Part shown: positions 20,589-29,386 of the stretch, piece by piece
Position numbering within the stretch: position 1 is the first letter of the stretch
How the letters are laid out: each line of letters opens with the position of its first letter
IMG/VR virus record: IMGVR_UViG_3300024343_000006
Length of the DNA stretch: 64,000 nt
Direction: 5' to 3' (one strand)
Origin: an uncultured virus (IMG/VR IMGVR_UViG_3300024343_000006)
Taxonomy: Duplodnaviria > Heunggongvirae > Uroviricota > Caudoviricetes
Translations under genes and position numbers: made by a program
The notes under the pieces: generated by a model
What the model saw: only the letters and a program-made list of their open reading frames with translations
What the model was told of the DNA's origin: nothing
Database searches by the model: none

Positions 20589-21752
20589 ATGATGGCAAAA
20601 TGTGATGTGGCTTTTCGTGCGACTTTTGAGGAAAAACTCAATGAGATGTTTCCTGACATCAAAACTAAAGGTACGGTATCCCGACCTCAGTTGATTGAGT
20701 GTATGGCTAAACTTAAGACTGACAAATATCCTTTGTGGCTCATGAAGAATAAACTTGGTCGTGGTTTGTATGCCATCGATGGTGGTGTTCCTGCAGTTGA
20801 AGGTAACACTGTTCGTAAACCTGTAGCTGTTGTAGAATCTTTCACTGTGGACTATACGAATACTGATTCATTGATTCCTAAGAAGGATCCGAACTTTGTA
20901 CCATTCGGTAACTACAATGATCTTGAAACTATTATCAAGACTAAGATTTTCTATCCTGTGTTTGTTTCTGGTCCAACTGGGAATGGCAAGTCCACGATGG
21001 TTGAACAAATTTGTGCCAAGCACAAACGTCCTCTGATTCGTGTTAACTTAAACATGATGACTGATGAAGAACAACTCATTGGCTCCAAGACTTTGGAAAA
21101 TGGTAATGTCGAGATCATCGAAGGTCCAGTCTTGATCGCCATGCGAACTGGAACTGCACTCTTGCTTGATGAGATTGATGCTGGCTCTGCAAATACTTTG
21201 CTTTGCTTGCAACCGATTCTTGAGGGTAAGCCATATTACTTCAAGTTGAAGAACGAGATGATTGTTCCAGCTGAAGGATTCAATATGTTTGCAACAGCAA
21301 ACACTAAGGGTAAGGGTAGCGATGATGGTCGTTACATTGGTACTAACGTGCTCAACGAAGCATTCTTGGAACGATTCGCTGTTACGTTTGAGCAGGATTA
21401 CCCAAGTGCTAAGATTGAGCAAAAGATTGTTGAGAATCTGATGGACTTCTACGGATGCAAAGATGTAGAATTCGCAGAGACATTGGTTAAATGGGCAGAC
21501 GCAATTCGTCGCACCTTTGCCGATGGTGGCGTGGATGAAAATATTACGACTCGTCGTATGATCCACATTGTGCGTGCGTTTGCAATCTTCAAGAGTCGTA
21601 CGAAAGCAGTAGAACTTTGCTGCAATCGTTTCGACTCCGCAACGAAGACTGCATTCATGGACTTGTTTGAGAAGGTTGCAAACCCTGCTCCTGAGGTAGT
21701 ACCTACACCAGAAGTTGCTGCAATCGATCCTACCGATGAGGTTCCATTTTAA
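20589..21752 (+). CDS. cobS: CobS/MoxR-like AAA+ ATPase
   Basis: GPTGNGKS, LLDEIDAG, TANTKGKGSDDGRYIGTNVLNEAFLERF. Confidence 0.9.
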   Translation: MMAKCDVAFRATFEEKLNEMFPDIKTKGTVSRPQLIECMAKLKTDKYPLWLMKNKLGRGLYAIDGGVPAVEGNTVRKPVAVVESFTVDYTNTDSLIPKKDPNFVPFGNYNDLETIIKTKIFYPVFVSGPTGNGKSTMVEQICAKHKRPLIRVNLNMMTDEEQLIGSKTLENGNVEIIEGPVLIAMRTGTALLLDEIDAGSANTLLCLQPILEGKPYYFKLKNEMIVPAEGFNMFATANTKGKGSDDGRYIGTNVLNEAFLERFAVTFEQDYPSAKIEQKIVENLMDFYGCKDVEFAETLVKWADAIRRTFADGGVDENITTRRMIHIVRAFAIFKSRTKAVELCCNRFDSATKTAFMDLFEKVANPAPEVVPTPEVAAIDPTDEVPF

Positions 21753-21754
21753 AC

Positions 21755-21783
21755 TTGTCTTACATTGAAACTTGTTGTATAAT
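21755..21783 (+). promoter_or_regulatory. Sigma70-like promoter
   Basis: TTGTCT-17bp-TATAAT. Confidence 0.8.
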
Positions 21784-21815
21784 TCTGTCTTGAACTTTGA
21801 AAAAGGAAATTTGTT

Positions 21816-22298
21816 ATGTTGAAATTCGCTAATTTGTCTATGTCCCAGAAGAAATTTGTTGTGTCTGTTATTGAGAGCAATCCTCAATACAAGAAAGACC
21901 CACAGATTACTTTGAAGGAATGTGCTTCCATCTATTACACCTTGCGTGATCAACGGACTGGTGTTAAGGGTGAGAAGATTGGTTATCCTAACTGGTTGTT
22001 CAATAAGAACAAGGTTGAGCGTGGTGTATACCAACTTCCTGTTCCTACTGCTGTTGAGTTGTCGCAATTTGCGAAAGACTCTGCTGTGAAACCAGCTAAG
22101 GCTAAACCTGTTAAGGTTGCTAAGGTTAAAGTTGTGAAAGCACCTGCTAAGAAAGCAGTTGCAGTCAAGACACCTGTTGCTAAGGAAGACAACATGGAGA
22201 TCTCTCGTCTGCAGAAGATCATTGATGACTCAGTTGAAGTTGATTCTGATACTGAAGACTTCAATGCGATCCTGCGTGAGAATGGTATCCAAGTTTAA
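21816..22298 (+). CDS. Hypothetical basic protein with histone H1-like K/A/P/V tract
   Basis: KPAKAKPVKVAKVKVVKAPAKKAV; N-term YPNWLFNKNKVERGVYQLP resembles the CobS N-term YPLWLMKNKLGRGLYAI. Confidence 0.65.
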   Translation: MLKFANLSMSQKKFVVSVIESNPQYKKDPQITLKECASIYYTLRDQRTGVKGEKIGYPNWLFNKNKVERGVYQLPVPTAVELSQFAKDSAVKPAKAKPVKVAKVKVVKAPAKKAVAVKTPVAKEDNMEISRLQKIIDDSVEVDSDTEDFNAILRENGIQV

Positions 22299-22305
22299 TT
22301 TTCCG

Positions 22306-22346
22306 AGAAGGTTGGGGTAATTGCCATCGCCCCACCTTCTTTTTTT
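22306..22346 (+). terminator. Intrinsic terminator
   Basis: AGAAGGTTGGGG...CCCCACCTTCT followed by a T tract. Confidence 0.7.
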
Positions 22347-22382
22347 AATTTTAATGATGGTTTAATTATGGAGATATTATCT

Positions 22383-22649
22383 ATGTCGAAGCAAGAAAAA
22401 TTGTTGGAGAATCTAAAGGCTGGAAAAGAATTTACTGCTAAGCAGATCAAAGGTTCTTTCCAGATCGCACATCCAGCATCTGCAATTCGCAATTTACGTG
22501 AGCAAGGTTATGCTGTTTACAGCAACAGTGCAAAATTGCATGATGGTACATTGACTACCAAGTATCGTCTTGGTCAGCCAAGCAAGCGTATGGTTCGCAT
22601 TGCTAATGCTGTTATGGGTGCATCTGTGTTTAGCGCACGACGTGCTTAA
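22383..22649 (+). CDS. Small winged-HTH-like DNA-binding protein
   Basis: FTAKQI...PASAIRNLREQGYAVY. Confidence 0.7.
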   Translation: MSKQEKLLENLKAGKEFTAKQIKGSFQIAHPASAIRNLREQGYAVYSNSAKLHDGTLTTKYRLGQPSKRMVRIANAVMGASVFSARRA

Positions 22650-22656
22650 TTGACGT

Positions 22657-22695
22657 ATGAGTCAGGATATTCTTCGGAGTATCTTGACTCATTTT
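22657..22695 (+). terminator. 16-bp hairpin with cUUCGg loop
   Basis: ATGAGTCAGGATATTC-TTCG-GAGTATCTTGACTCAT, then TTT. Confidence 0.65.
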
Positions 22696-22713
22696 ATATT
22701 ATGGAGACATGCG

Positions 22714-23082
22714 ATGCCAATTGGTGATGTTAAAGGTGATGGATTCATTTCCAAAGAAGACATTAAAAAGTCCCAGACTGCCACGACAGGTGGGCGAAAA
22801 TTTGATGGTGGTAAACTTCAATATGGTTTACTACCACCACTCGCATTAAAAGCGACTGTAGAAATCCTAACATTTGGTGCAGAGAAATATGAGCCAGATA
22901 ATTGGAAAGTAGTTCCTGACTCAAAACGTAGATACTTTGACGCAATGCAAAGACATCTTTGGGCATGGAAAGAGGGAGAACAAGATGATCCCGAAACTGG
23001 AAAGAATCACTTGGCACATGCAATGTGTTGTCTAATGTTTCTTTATGAACACGATGTGAAGTATTCTAAGGAAATTAAATGA
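22714..23082 (+). CDS. dATP/dGTP diphosphohydrolase-like (DUF5664-type) protein
   Basis: GRKFDGGK..YGLLP, TFGAEKYEPDNW, DPETGKNHLAHA. Confidence 0.8.
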   Translation: MPIGDVKGDGFISKEDIKKSQTATTGGRKFDGGKLQYGLLPPLALKATVEILTFGAEKYEPDNWKVVPDSKRRYFDAMQRHLWAWKEGEQDDPETGKNHLAHAMCCLMFLYEHDVKYSKEIK

Positions 23083-23432
23083 CTCTTGAACAGATCTTAG
23101 TAGCAACTGCAGTTTGGATGGTTCTTGTAGCCATTGTGTTTACTCACTCTAACTGGGGTAAGATTCGTGCTTGTTTTGGTATGTGGCTTACTCGAGAGTA
23201 CTGGACTAACTACAACACGGTAGAGTTTGCCAGTTGGGCAGCAAAGGCAGTTATCATCATCCCTGGACTTATCTTTGGTATCCAGCTTTGGTGGTTGTAC
23301 TTCTTCACTCTTGCAACCTCGCTGTCTCTCATCTGGGCAAGCAATAAGAAGTTGCTCCCAACTCTTATTGGATTCAACATCGTGTGGACTTGGATCAGTT
23401 GCATGGTTTTGGCTCAACATTTAATCAAATAA
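23079..23432 (+). CDS. Small multi-pass membrane protein
   Basis: About 4 hydrophobic segments, Trp-rich. Confidence 0.7.
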   Translation: MTLEQILVATAVWMVLVAIVFTHSNWGKIRACFGMWLTREYWTNYNTVEFASWAAKAVIIIPGLIFGIQLWWLYFFTLATSLSLIWASNKKLLPTLIGFNIVWTWISCMVLAQHLIK

Positions 23433-23434
23433 AT

Positions 23435-23463
23435 TTGATTATTTTTGATTTTGAATGTATAAT
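23435..23463 (+). promoter_or_regulatory. Sigma70-like promoter for gp45
   Basis: TTGATT-17bp-TATAAT. Confidence 0.75.
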
Positions 23464-23496
23464 TTTTATACATAGTTATTATTAATTGGAGAAAAT

Positions 23497-24162
23497 ATGA
23501 AATTATCTAAAGACACAATCGAACTGATCAAGAACTTTGCTACAATCAACAGCAATCTTCTATTGAAAGAGGGATCAAAACTCTCTACAATCTCAGCCCA
23601 GAAAAACGTGATGGCTGATGTTGATGTCACAGAAACATTCCCATCATTTGGCATCTATGATCTAAATGAATTCTTAGCTGCAATGTCTTTGTTCGATGAC
23701 CCAGAGTTGACATTCAGTCCAGACAATAAGTCTGTAGTTTTCTCACAGGGTGGTATTGGTAGTTATAAATTCTTTGCAGCTGATGCAAGTGTTCTAACTG
23801 CACCAACAAAGGAAATTACTTTCCCTGCTCATGAGATTGAGTTTGATATGTCAGCTGCATTGCTGAATCTTATTCACAAGTCTGGCTCTGTTTCTCGTTC
23901 AGCAGACGTATCTGTTATTGGCGATGGATCAAAGATGACTGTTTATGTTGGTGACAAAAAGAATGCGACTGCAAATGCATTCAGTAATGTTGTTGGAACA
24001 ACTGACAAAACCTTTAAGGTAAACTTAAAGGTTGAGAATCTGAAGATGCTTCCAGGAGATTACAAAGTTAGTATTTCCAGCAAAAAGATTTCTCGTTTCA
24101 AGAGCAATCGTAGTTTAGTTTATTATGTAGCAGTTGAGGCAGATTCTACCTTCGAAGTCTAA
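23497..24162 (+). CDS. gp45: Sliding clamp
   Basis: MKLSKDTIELIKNFATIN, FGIYDLNEFL, YYVAVE. Confidence 0.95.
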   Translation: MKLSKDTIELIKNFATINSNLLLKEGSKLSTISAQKNVMADVDVTETFPSFGIYDLNEFLAAMSLFDDPELTFSPDNKSVVFSQGGIGSYKFFAADASVLTAPTKEITFPAHEIEFDMSAALLNLIHKSGSVSRSADVSVIGDGSKMTVYVGDKKNATANAFSNVVGTTDKTFKVNLKVENLKMLPGDYKVSISSKKISRFKSNRSLVYYVAVEADSTFEV

Positions 24163-24172
24163 TAGATAGATT

Positions 24173-25648
24173 ATGAAGAAAATAATTGTACTAGGCGCAG
24201 GAACAGCAGGGTTAATCACTGCTCTCATTCTTAAATCTACCTTTCCGAAGTATCAAATCTCAGTTATTGAGTCTGGTGCGATTGGTATTATTGGAGTTGG
24301 TGAAGGTTCAACAGAACACTGGAAGATATTCACTGACTATTGTGGTATCAATACCAACAGATTGATTCGAGAGACAGATGGTGCTCTTAAGAAGGGTATC
24401 AAATTTGAGAATTGGAATGGTGATGGTGCATCTTATTTTCACTCATTGTCTCCTCCATTCTTTGATGAGTTTACAGACAGTGGTCAACGTCTAAATTTTA
24501 CGAAGTCTATGATCCATAAAGGTATTCCAACTGAAGATATTCTATTGGATACCAACTTTGTAACACAACAATCTGGTATTCAAAGCACTAATCAATATCA
24601 TTTTAACACTATGAAGTTAAATAAATTTCTTCATGATGTGTGTAAAGAAAAGGGTATTAATTTCACAGATGCCATTATTGATCAAGTGATGTTCTCAGAA
24701 AATGGAGATGTTGCTAAGTTAATAGACAATGCTGGTATTGAATATGTTGCAGATATCTTCATTGATAGTTCTGGATTCAAGAGAGTGATTTCTTCTAAGC
24801 AGGGTGCTAAGTGGATCTCATATAAAAAATATCTGCCAATGAATCATGCATTAGCATTTCCAACAAATGATATTTCTGATCTAAAACCCTATACACTTTC
24901 ACGTGCTCTTGGCTCTGGTTGGAACTGGAGAATTTCTACTCAAGGAAGGTATGGTAATGGTTATGTATTTTGTGATGAGTTCATTGATGCAACTAAAGCC
25001 CATGAAGAAATACAATCATTCTATACTGAAGAAGTAAAGGTAGCGAAGGATATTAAATTTGATGCTGGTCGTGTAGACAAATATTGGATTGACAACTGTA
25101 TCTCTGTTGGTCTTTCTGCATCATTTGTAGAACCACTTGAAGCATCTAGTATTGGTAACTCAATCCTACAGGCTTTTGGCATTGCAAAGTTGCTACCTCT
25201 TTGGGAACTTGACCGAAAGTACGCAGAGAAGTATAATAAAGACTTCACTAGGTGCTTTGACAATATTGTTGACTTTGTTCAGTTACATTACATGACCAAA
25301 AGAAATGATACTTTGTTCTGGAGAACTTTACCTGAGATGATGACTAAGACAGATTTTATCAAGGAACATTTAGAGATCTTTAAAAAGACAATACCGAATC
25401 AATCTCTTTTTATGGGCGAGTATCATATGTTCCAATCTCCAAATTGGGCTCAAGTAATGAATGGTCTTGGTTTATTGGATAGAGAATACATTAGCAATAA
25501 GTTACAAGAAGTTAGTGGAGAAGGTGCTATTAAAGATTCATACGGAAGGTATGATGCATATCTAAATGATACAGAAAGGGGTTCTTACATCGAACACAAG
25601 ACACTATTAGAACAGAATAGGATTGTTGTTAAACTTGACAGACGTTAA
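24173..25648 (+). CDS. Flavin-dependent (tryptophan) halogenase family protein
   Basis: GAGTAG, IGVGEGS, LKKGIKF, GWNWRI, FVEPLEASSI. Confidence 0.9.
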   Translation: MKKIIVLGAGTAGLITALILKSTFPKYQISVIESGAIGIIGVGEGSTEHWKIFTDYCGINTNRLIRETDGALKKGIKFENWNGDGASYFHSLSPPFFDEFTDSGQRLNFTKSMIHKGIPTEDILLDTNFVTQQSGIQSTNQYHFNTMKLNKFLHDVCKEKGINFTDAIIDQVMFSENGDVAKLIDNAGIEYVADIFIDSSGFKRVISSKQGAKWISYKKYLPMNHALAFPTNDISDLKPYTLSRALGSGWNWRISTQGRYGNGYVFCDEFIDATKAHEEIQSFYTEEVKVAKDIKFDAGRVDKYWIDNCISVGLSASFVEPLEASSIGNSILQAFGIAKLLPLWELDRKYAEKYNKDFTRCFDNIVDFVQLHYMTKRNDTLFWRTLPEMMTKTDFIKEHLEIFKKTIPNQSLFMGEYHMFQSPNWAQVMNGLGLLDREYISNKLQEVSGEGAIKDSYGRYDAYLNDTERGSYIEHKTLLEQNRIVVKLDRR

Positions 25649-25663
25649 TTGAAGGAATATATT

Positions 25664-25990
25664 ATGAAACATGAAGGAACTGCTTTGACATCTACTCTTA
25701 ACAATGAGTGGATGTTTAAAAAACTTTGGGTAGAAGATTTAGTTAGTGATGATGAACCAGATGCAAAAACTATCTGGAGATATGTATTACGAAGTAACTG
25801 TTATGTTAAATCTGAAAGGCAAGATATTGCCCCACATAATTTAAAGGATAGTGATTTTCGTAAAGTTTCTACAAGACTTTATATTCAAAAAGAAAGGAAT
25901 AGCAAACTACATGGGCATTTCATTTCAAATTTTGAATGGAATGATCTTGTGACTAGATCAAATCTCCACAACTTTACAGTAGAACTTTAA
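25664..25990 (+). CDS. Hypothetical protein
   Basis: ORF with SD AAGGA filling the gap before gp44. Confidence 0.5.
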   Translation: MKHEGTALTSTLNNEWMFKKLWVEDLVSDDEPDAKTIWRYVLRSNCYVKSERQDIAPHNLKDSDFRKVSTRLYIQKERNSKLHGHFISNFEWNDLVTRSNLHNFTVEL

Positions 25991-25991
25991 T

Positions 25992-26945
25992 ATGATTGAA
26001 TCCCGTGATAACCAATTTCTTTGGGTAGAAAAGTATCGCCCACAGACTATTGATGAGTGTGTACTTCCCGAAGCACTAAAGAATACTTTTAAAGAGTATA
26101 TCGCTAAAGGCGAACTACCAACATTTATGTTTACTGGAACAGCAGGTGTCGGTAAGACTACTGTTGCTAAAGCACTATGTAATGAAGTTGGTGCAGAGTA
26201 TCTTATGATCAATGGATCAGATGAAGGTCGTTTGCTGGAGACTCTCCGAGTTGCCATCACTGGCTTTGCTTCTACTGTTTCATTAACTGATGCCAAGAAG
26301 GTCGTCATTATCGATGAAGCAGACTACATGAAAGCAGATACAGTTCAACCAGCACTGCGTTCATTCATTGAAGAATTTAGTAACAACTGTCGCTTCATCT
26401 TTACATGTAACTATAAAAATCGTATCATTGAACCACTCCACAGTCGTTGTTCAGTTATCGATTTTAAGATCGAACCAAAAGACAAACAGTTACTTGCAGG
26501 AACTTTCTTCAAACGTGCAACACAGATTCTTAAACAAGAGAATGTTGAGTTTGATCCTAAGGTAGTTGCAGAACTTGTCACGAAACATTTCCCAGATTAT
26601 CGTAGGGTTCTAAACGAACTTCAGCGTTACAGTGTTTCAGGTAAGATCGACTCTGGTATTCTAGTCAATACCAGTCAAGAATCCTATAAAGATCTAATCA
26701 AATTCCTCAAAGAAAAAGACTTCACTAATGCTAGAAAGTGGGTTGGAAAGAACTCGGATTCTGATACAGTTGGATTGTTTAGAGAACTTTATGATAACTC
26801 AGTGAGTTTCCTAATGCCAGATAGCATCCCTGCGCTTGTATTGATCTTGGCTAAATATCAATATCAAGGAGCATTCGTTGCTGACCATGAACTAAATATA
26901 ATGGCAGCACTCACAGAAATTATGGTCGAGTGCAAATTCAAGTAA
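25992..26945 (+). CDS. gp44: Clamp loader large subunit
   Basis: LWVEKYRP, GVGKTT, IIDEAD, PLHSRC. Confidence 0.97.
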   Translation: MIESRDNQFLWVEKYRPQTIDECVLPEALKNTFKEYIAKGELPTFMFTGTAGVGKTTVAKALCNEVGAEYLMINGSDEGRLLETLRVAITGFASTVSLTDAKKVVIIDEADYMKADTVQPALRSFIEEFSNNCRFIFTCNYKNRIIEPLHSRCSVIDFKIEPKDKQLLAGTFFKRATQILKQENVEFDPKVVAELVTKHFPDYRRVLNELQRYSVSGKIDSGILVNTSQESYKDLIKFLKEKDFTNARKWVGKNSDSDTVGLFRELYDNSVSFLMPDSIPALVLILAKYQYQGAFVADHELNIMAALTEIMVECKFK

Positions 26946-26953
26946 GGGAATAT

Positions 26954-27286
26954 ATGGACTTATTACTACATTTGTTTTACATGGCTGTAGTTTTTGCTAT
27001 TGGATTTATCTGGGGCTGGAGAGAACGTGAGAACTTTGCATCTAAAAAAGTAGATGCACTATTAATGCACATTGACAGTAGTGTGCACGAACGAATAGAA
27101 GAATCCAGAATAGATATAAAGATAGAAAAACATAAAGATGTTTACTATGCCTATGATAAAGACAACAACACCTTTATGGCTCAGGGGAGCACTAAAAAAG
27201 AATTAGAGGAAGTACTTGCATCTAAGTATTCCAATAAAAGATTCTTTGCTGATAGAGATAATTTGAAGGAAGTTGGATTACAATGA
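26954..27286 (+). CDS. Hypothetical protein with N-terminal TM helix
   Basis: Hydrophobic N-terminus; coupled to neighbours. Confidence 0.6.
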   Translation: MDLLLHLFYMAVVFAIGFIWGWRERENFASKKVDALLMHIDSSVHERIEESRIDIKIEKHKDVYYAYDKDNNTFMAQGSTKKELEEVLASKYSNKRFFADRDNLKEVGLQ

Positions 27287-27462
27287 CTGAACTATATCAA
27301 AAAGATGGAAGGTCTGCATCTATAGAAAAACAGATGACTAATGACTACATGGTAACATTTAATAATGAACTCGGTGGAAACCAGATGGAAACCTTCCATA
27401 CTGAAAAGCAAGCCATTGATGCAGCGCAACGATGGATAATTAAAGATTATGAGCCCATTTGA
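27283..27462 (+). CDS. Small hypothetical protein (59 aa, not in ORF track)
   Basis: MTELYQKDGR...; ATGA overlap with the upstream stop. Confidence 0.55.
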   Translation: MTELYQKDGRSASIEKQMTNDYMVTFNNELGGNQMETFHTEKQAIDAAQRWIIKDYEPI

Positions 27463-27829
27463 TTTCTTAAATGCAATAAATGATACAAAGAAAAACTTAT
27501 TTGAAGACCCACAGGCTGCAAAGGATTATAAACCATTCATTGTAAATAGAGGACTTTCGTATTTCCACGATACTGTTCTTTACGCTAACGAGATGAACAA
27601 ACATCCCGAACTAGATAAAGACCAGCAATTTTCTTTTTTCCTAAATATTATTTCAAGGAAGAAGCGTTTCAGTAAGTGGTCTAAAAAAGATGCAACTACT
27701 GACTCCATCGAACTTGTTAAAGAGTATTTTGGGTATTCGAGCGAGAAGGCTAAAGATGCATTGAGCCTTCTTAGTGAAGAACACTTGATTATGATAAAAG
27801 AAAAATTATACAAAGGTGGAAAATCATGA
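27449..27829 (+). CDS. gp62: Clamp loader small subunit
   Basis: SPFDFLNAIN, YKPFIVNRGLSYF, VKEYFGYS. Confidence 0.93.
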   Translation: MSPFDFLNAINDTKKNLFEDPQAAKDYKPFIVNRGLSYFHDTVLYANEMNKHPELDKDQQFSFFLNIISRKKRFSKWSKKDATTDSIELVKEYFGYSSEKAKDALSLLSEEHLIMIKEKLYKGGKS

Positions 27830-28245
27830 CTGTCGAAATGATTTATTACGACTGGAAACCAGAGTCGATGCTTGAAGTGACATTGCCAGAACCAGATAAC
27901 TTCTTAAAGGTTCGAGAAACACTTACTCGAATCGGCATTGCTTCCAGAAAAGAAAACAAATTATATCAATCCTGCCATATTTTACATAAGCAGGGTAGAT
28001 ACTTCATCGTCCATTTCAAAGAGTTGTTTGCTCTGGATGGTAAAGAATCGAATATCACTAGTGGTGATATCGAGCGTAGAAATGCAATCGCTGGTTTGCT
28101 ACAGGATTGGGATCTTTTAAAGATACTAAATAATTCTCAAGCGGATCAGAAAGCATCTCTGTCGCAAATTAAGGTCGTATCGTTTAAAGAGAAAGACCAA
28201 TGGGAACTAGTACCGAAATATAACATAGGAAAAAAATCAAAATGA
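27826..28245 (+). CDS. regA: Translational repressor RegA
   Basis: FLKVRETLTRIGIAS, LYQSCHILHKQGRYFIVHFKELF. Confidence 0.97.
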   Translation: MTVEMIYYDWKPESMLEVTLPEPDNFLKVRETLTRIGIASRKENKLYQSCHILHKQGRYFIVHFKELFALDGKESNITSGDIERRNAIAGLLQDWDLLKILNNSQADQKASLSQIKVVSFKEKDQWELVPKYNIGKKSK

Positions 28246-28406
28246 TTAAACTTGAACTTGAAATTAATGAAGTTAACATGCTACTTGCAGTGTTGGGAAA
28301 GCATCCTTTCGAGGAAGTTGTTAAAGTGATCAGCAAGATCAAACAACAAGGTGACCCACAAGCAGAAGCACTTGCACAAGCAGCAGCAGAACTACCTGCT
28401 GCGTAA
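28242..28406 (+). CDS. Small hypothetical protein (54 aa, not in ORF track)
   Basis: MIKLELEINEVN...; ATGA overlap with regA. Confidence 0.65.
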   Translation: MIKLELEINEVNMLLAVLGKHPFEEVVKVISKIKQQGDPQAEALAQAAAELPAA

Positions 28407-28490
28407 CCAATTCGCCTTAGGACCACTAAAGTACGAATCGTTGGTAAAGCGGATGTGACGAACGACATCGCTGGAACTCGTAACCAGTAT
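28406..28490 (+). ncRNA. Candidate structured RNA (multi-hairpin)
   Basis: GC-richer intergenic segment with three hand-folded stems and a possible pseudoknot. Confidence 0.35.
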
Positions 28491-28500
28491 TTTAACACGG

Positions 28501-28566
28501 CTCTCTTCTTTTCGCCTTCGGGGATTTGCTTGAGAGTTTTCCAACTCGCTTAATAGGAGCAAAACA
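28501..28566 (+). promoter_or_regulatory. ROSE-like RNA thermometer candidate
   Basis: CTCGCT-TAAT-AGGAG: UCGCU pairs with the SD with a bulged G; leads the hsp20 operon. Confidence 0.55.
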
Positions 28567-28791
28567 ATGTTGAATAACATTAACACAGCCATCGATTCTT
28601 TCCAAGGAATCAAAACTAAATTCGTTGAGACCTGCGTCAAAAACGAAGAACTCAAAAAACCACTTAATCAATTTATTGAAGCGCAATCTTCTTTCGCAAA
28701 GATCGTGGCTAAAGCACATGTAGACTTTTATACGTCTCTTGGTCTTTCAGCTTACACATTCGATGCCAAAAAAGCATTTGCTAAACAATAA
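28567..28791 (+). CDS. Hypothetical amphipathic helical protein (74 aa)
   Basis: SD AGGAG; stop overlaps the SD of hsp20. Confidence 0.7.
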   Translation: MLNNINTAIDSFQGIKTKFVETCVKNEELKKPLNQFIEAQSSFAKIVAKAHVDFYTSLGLSAYTFDAKKAFAKQ

Positions 28792-28801
28792 GGAGATTGA
28801 T

Positions 28802-29281
28802 ATGGGAAACAATTTCACACCCACATTCTGGGGCACTAAAGATATGGACAAATTTCTTATCGGTTTCGATGAGCAGTTTAATCGTCTACAGAAATTTCAT
28901 GACGACATGTCCAAGAACATTCCTAACTATCCACCATACAATATCGTCAAGAGAGATGAGAACAACTACACCATTGAGTTGGCTGTGGCAGGTTTTGGTC
29001 AATCTGACATTGATATCGAAATGGAGAATGGTAAGTTGACTGTTCGTGGTAGCATCAAAACCGAAGAAGCTGAAGATAATTTCTTGTTCAGAGGTATTGC
29101 AAATCGTGCGTTCAGTCGAGCGTTTGCTTTGAATGATGAAGTTGAAGTTAAAGATGCAGAACTCTTTAATGGCATGCTTAAGATTTTCTTGGAGCGTTTG
29201 ATTCCAGATGCTAAGAAGCCAAAGAAGATTGTTGTAAAGTCTAAAAGCGAAAAACAATTATTGAATGAGGACATCCTATGA
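28802..29281 (+). CDS. hsp20: Small heat-shock protein (IbpA/Hsp20)
   Basis: NYPPYNI, IELAVAGF, RGIANRAFSRAF, NGMLKI. Confidence 0.95.
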   Translation: MGNNFTPTFWGTKDMDKFLIGFDEQFNRLQKFHDDMSKNIPNYPPYNIVKRDENNYTIELAVAGFGQSDIDIEMENGKLTVRGSIKTEEAEDNFLFRGIANRAFSRAFALNDEVEVKDAELFNGMLKIFLERLIPDAKKPKKIVVKSKSEKQLLNEDIL

Positions 29282-29376
29282 AATCAATCAAAAAGTTTTT
29301 CACTAATCTTCTTGAAGCACTCATTGAGGCTAGACATGCCAGAGCAGATGCTGCTTCGAAAAGAATAGGTAGATAA
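29278..29376 (+). CDS. Small hypothetical protein (32 aa)
   Basis: SD GAGG; ATGA overlap with hsp20. Confidence 0.45.
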   Translation: MKSIKKFFTNLLEALIEARHARADAASKRIGR

Positions 29377-29386
29377 GTCATACAAT

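Noticed and set aside
20589..21752. cobS/cobT as cobalamin-synthesis auxiliary genes
   Set aside because: No cobN or other cob genes are present; a generic MoxR/vWA pair is the simpler reading.
21048..22067. 339-aa minus-strand ORF (and other minus-strand ORFs such as 31626-32291 and 14567-15055)
   Set aside because: They lie opposite well-supported + strand genes, have no motifs, and are explained by codon bias.
22714..23082. Diphosphohydrolase as a sign of a 2-aminoadenine (Z) genome
   Set aside because: No purZ is visible in the window, and this domain occurs in many phages without Z-DNA.
25635..25663. TTGACA-17-TATATT promoter at the end of the halogenase gene
   Set aside because: It overlaps the SD and abuts the start of the next ORF, and the -10 is imperfect; plausible for gp44 but not supported well enough.
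28406..28490. tRNA gene
   Set aside because: No TTCRA T-loop or cloverleaf with acceptor stem; I saw no tRNA anywhere in the window.
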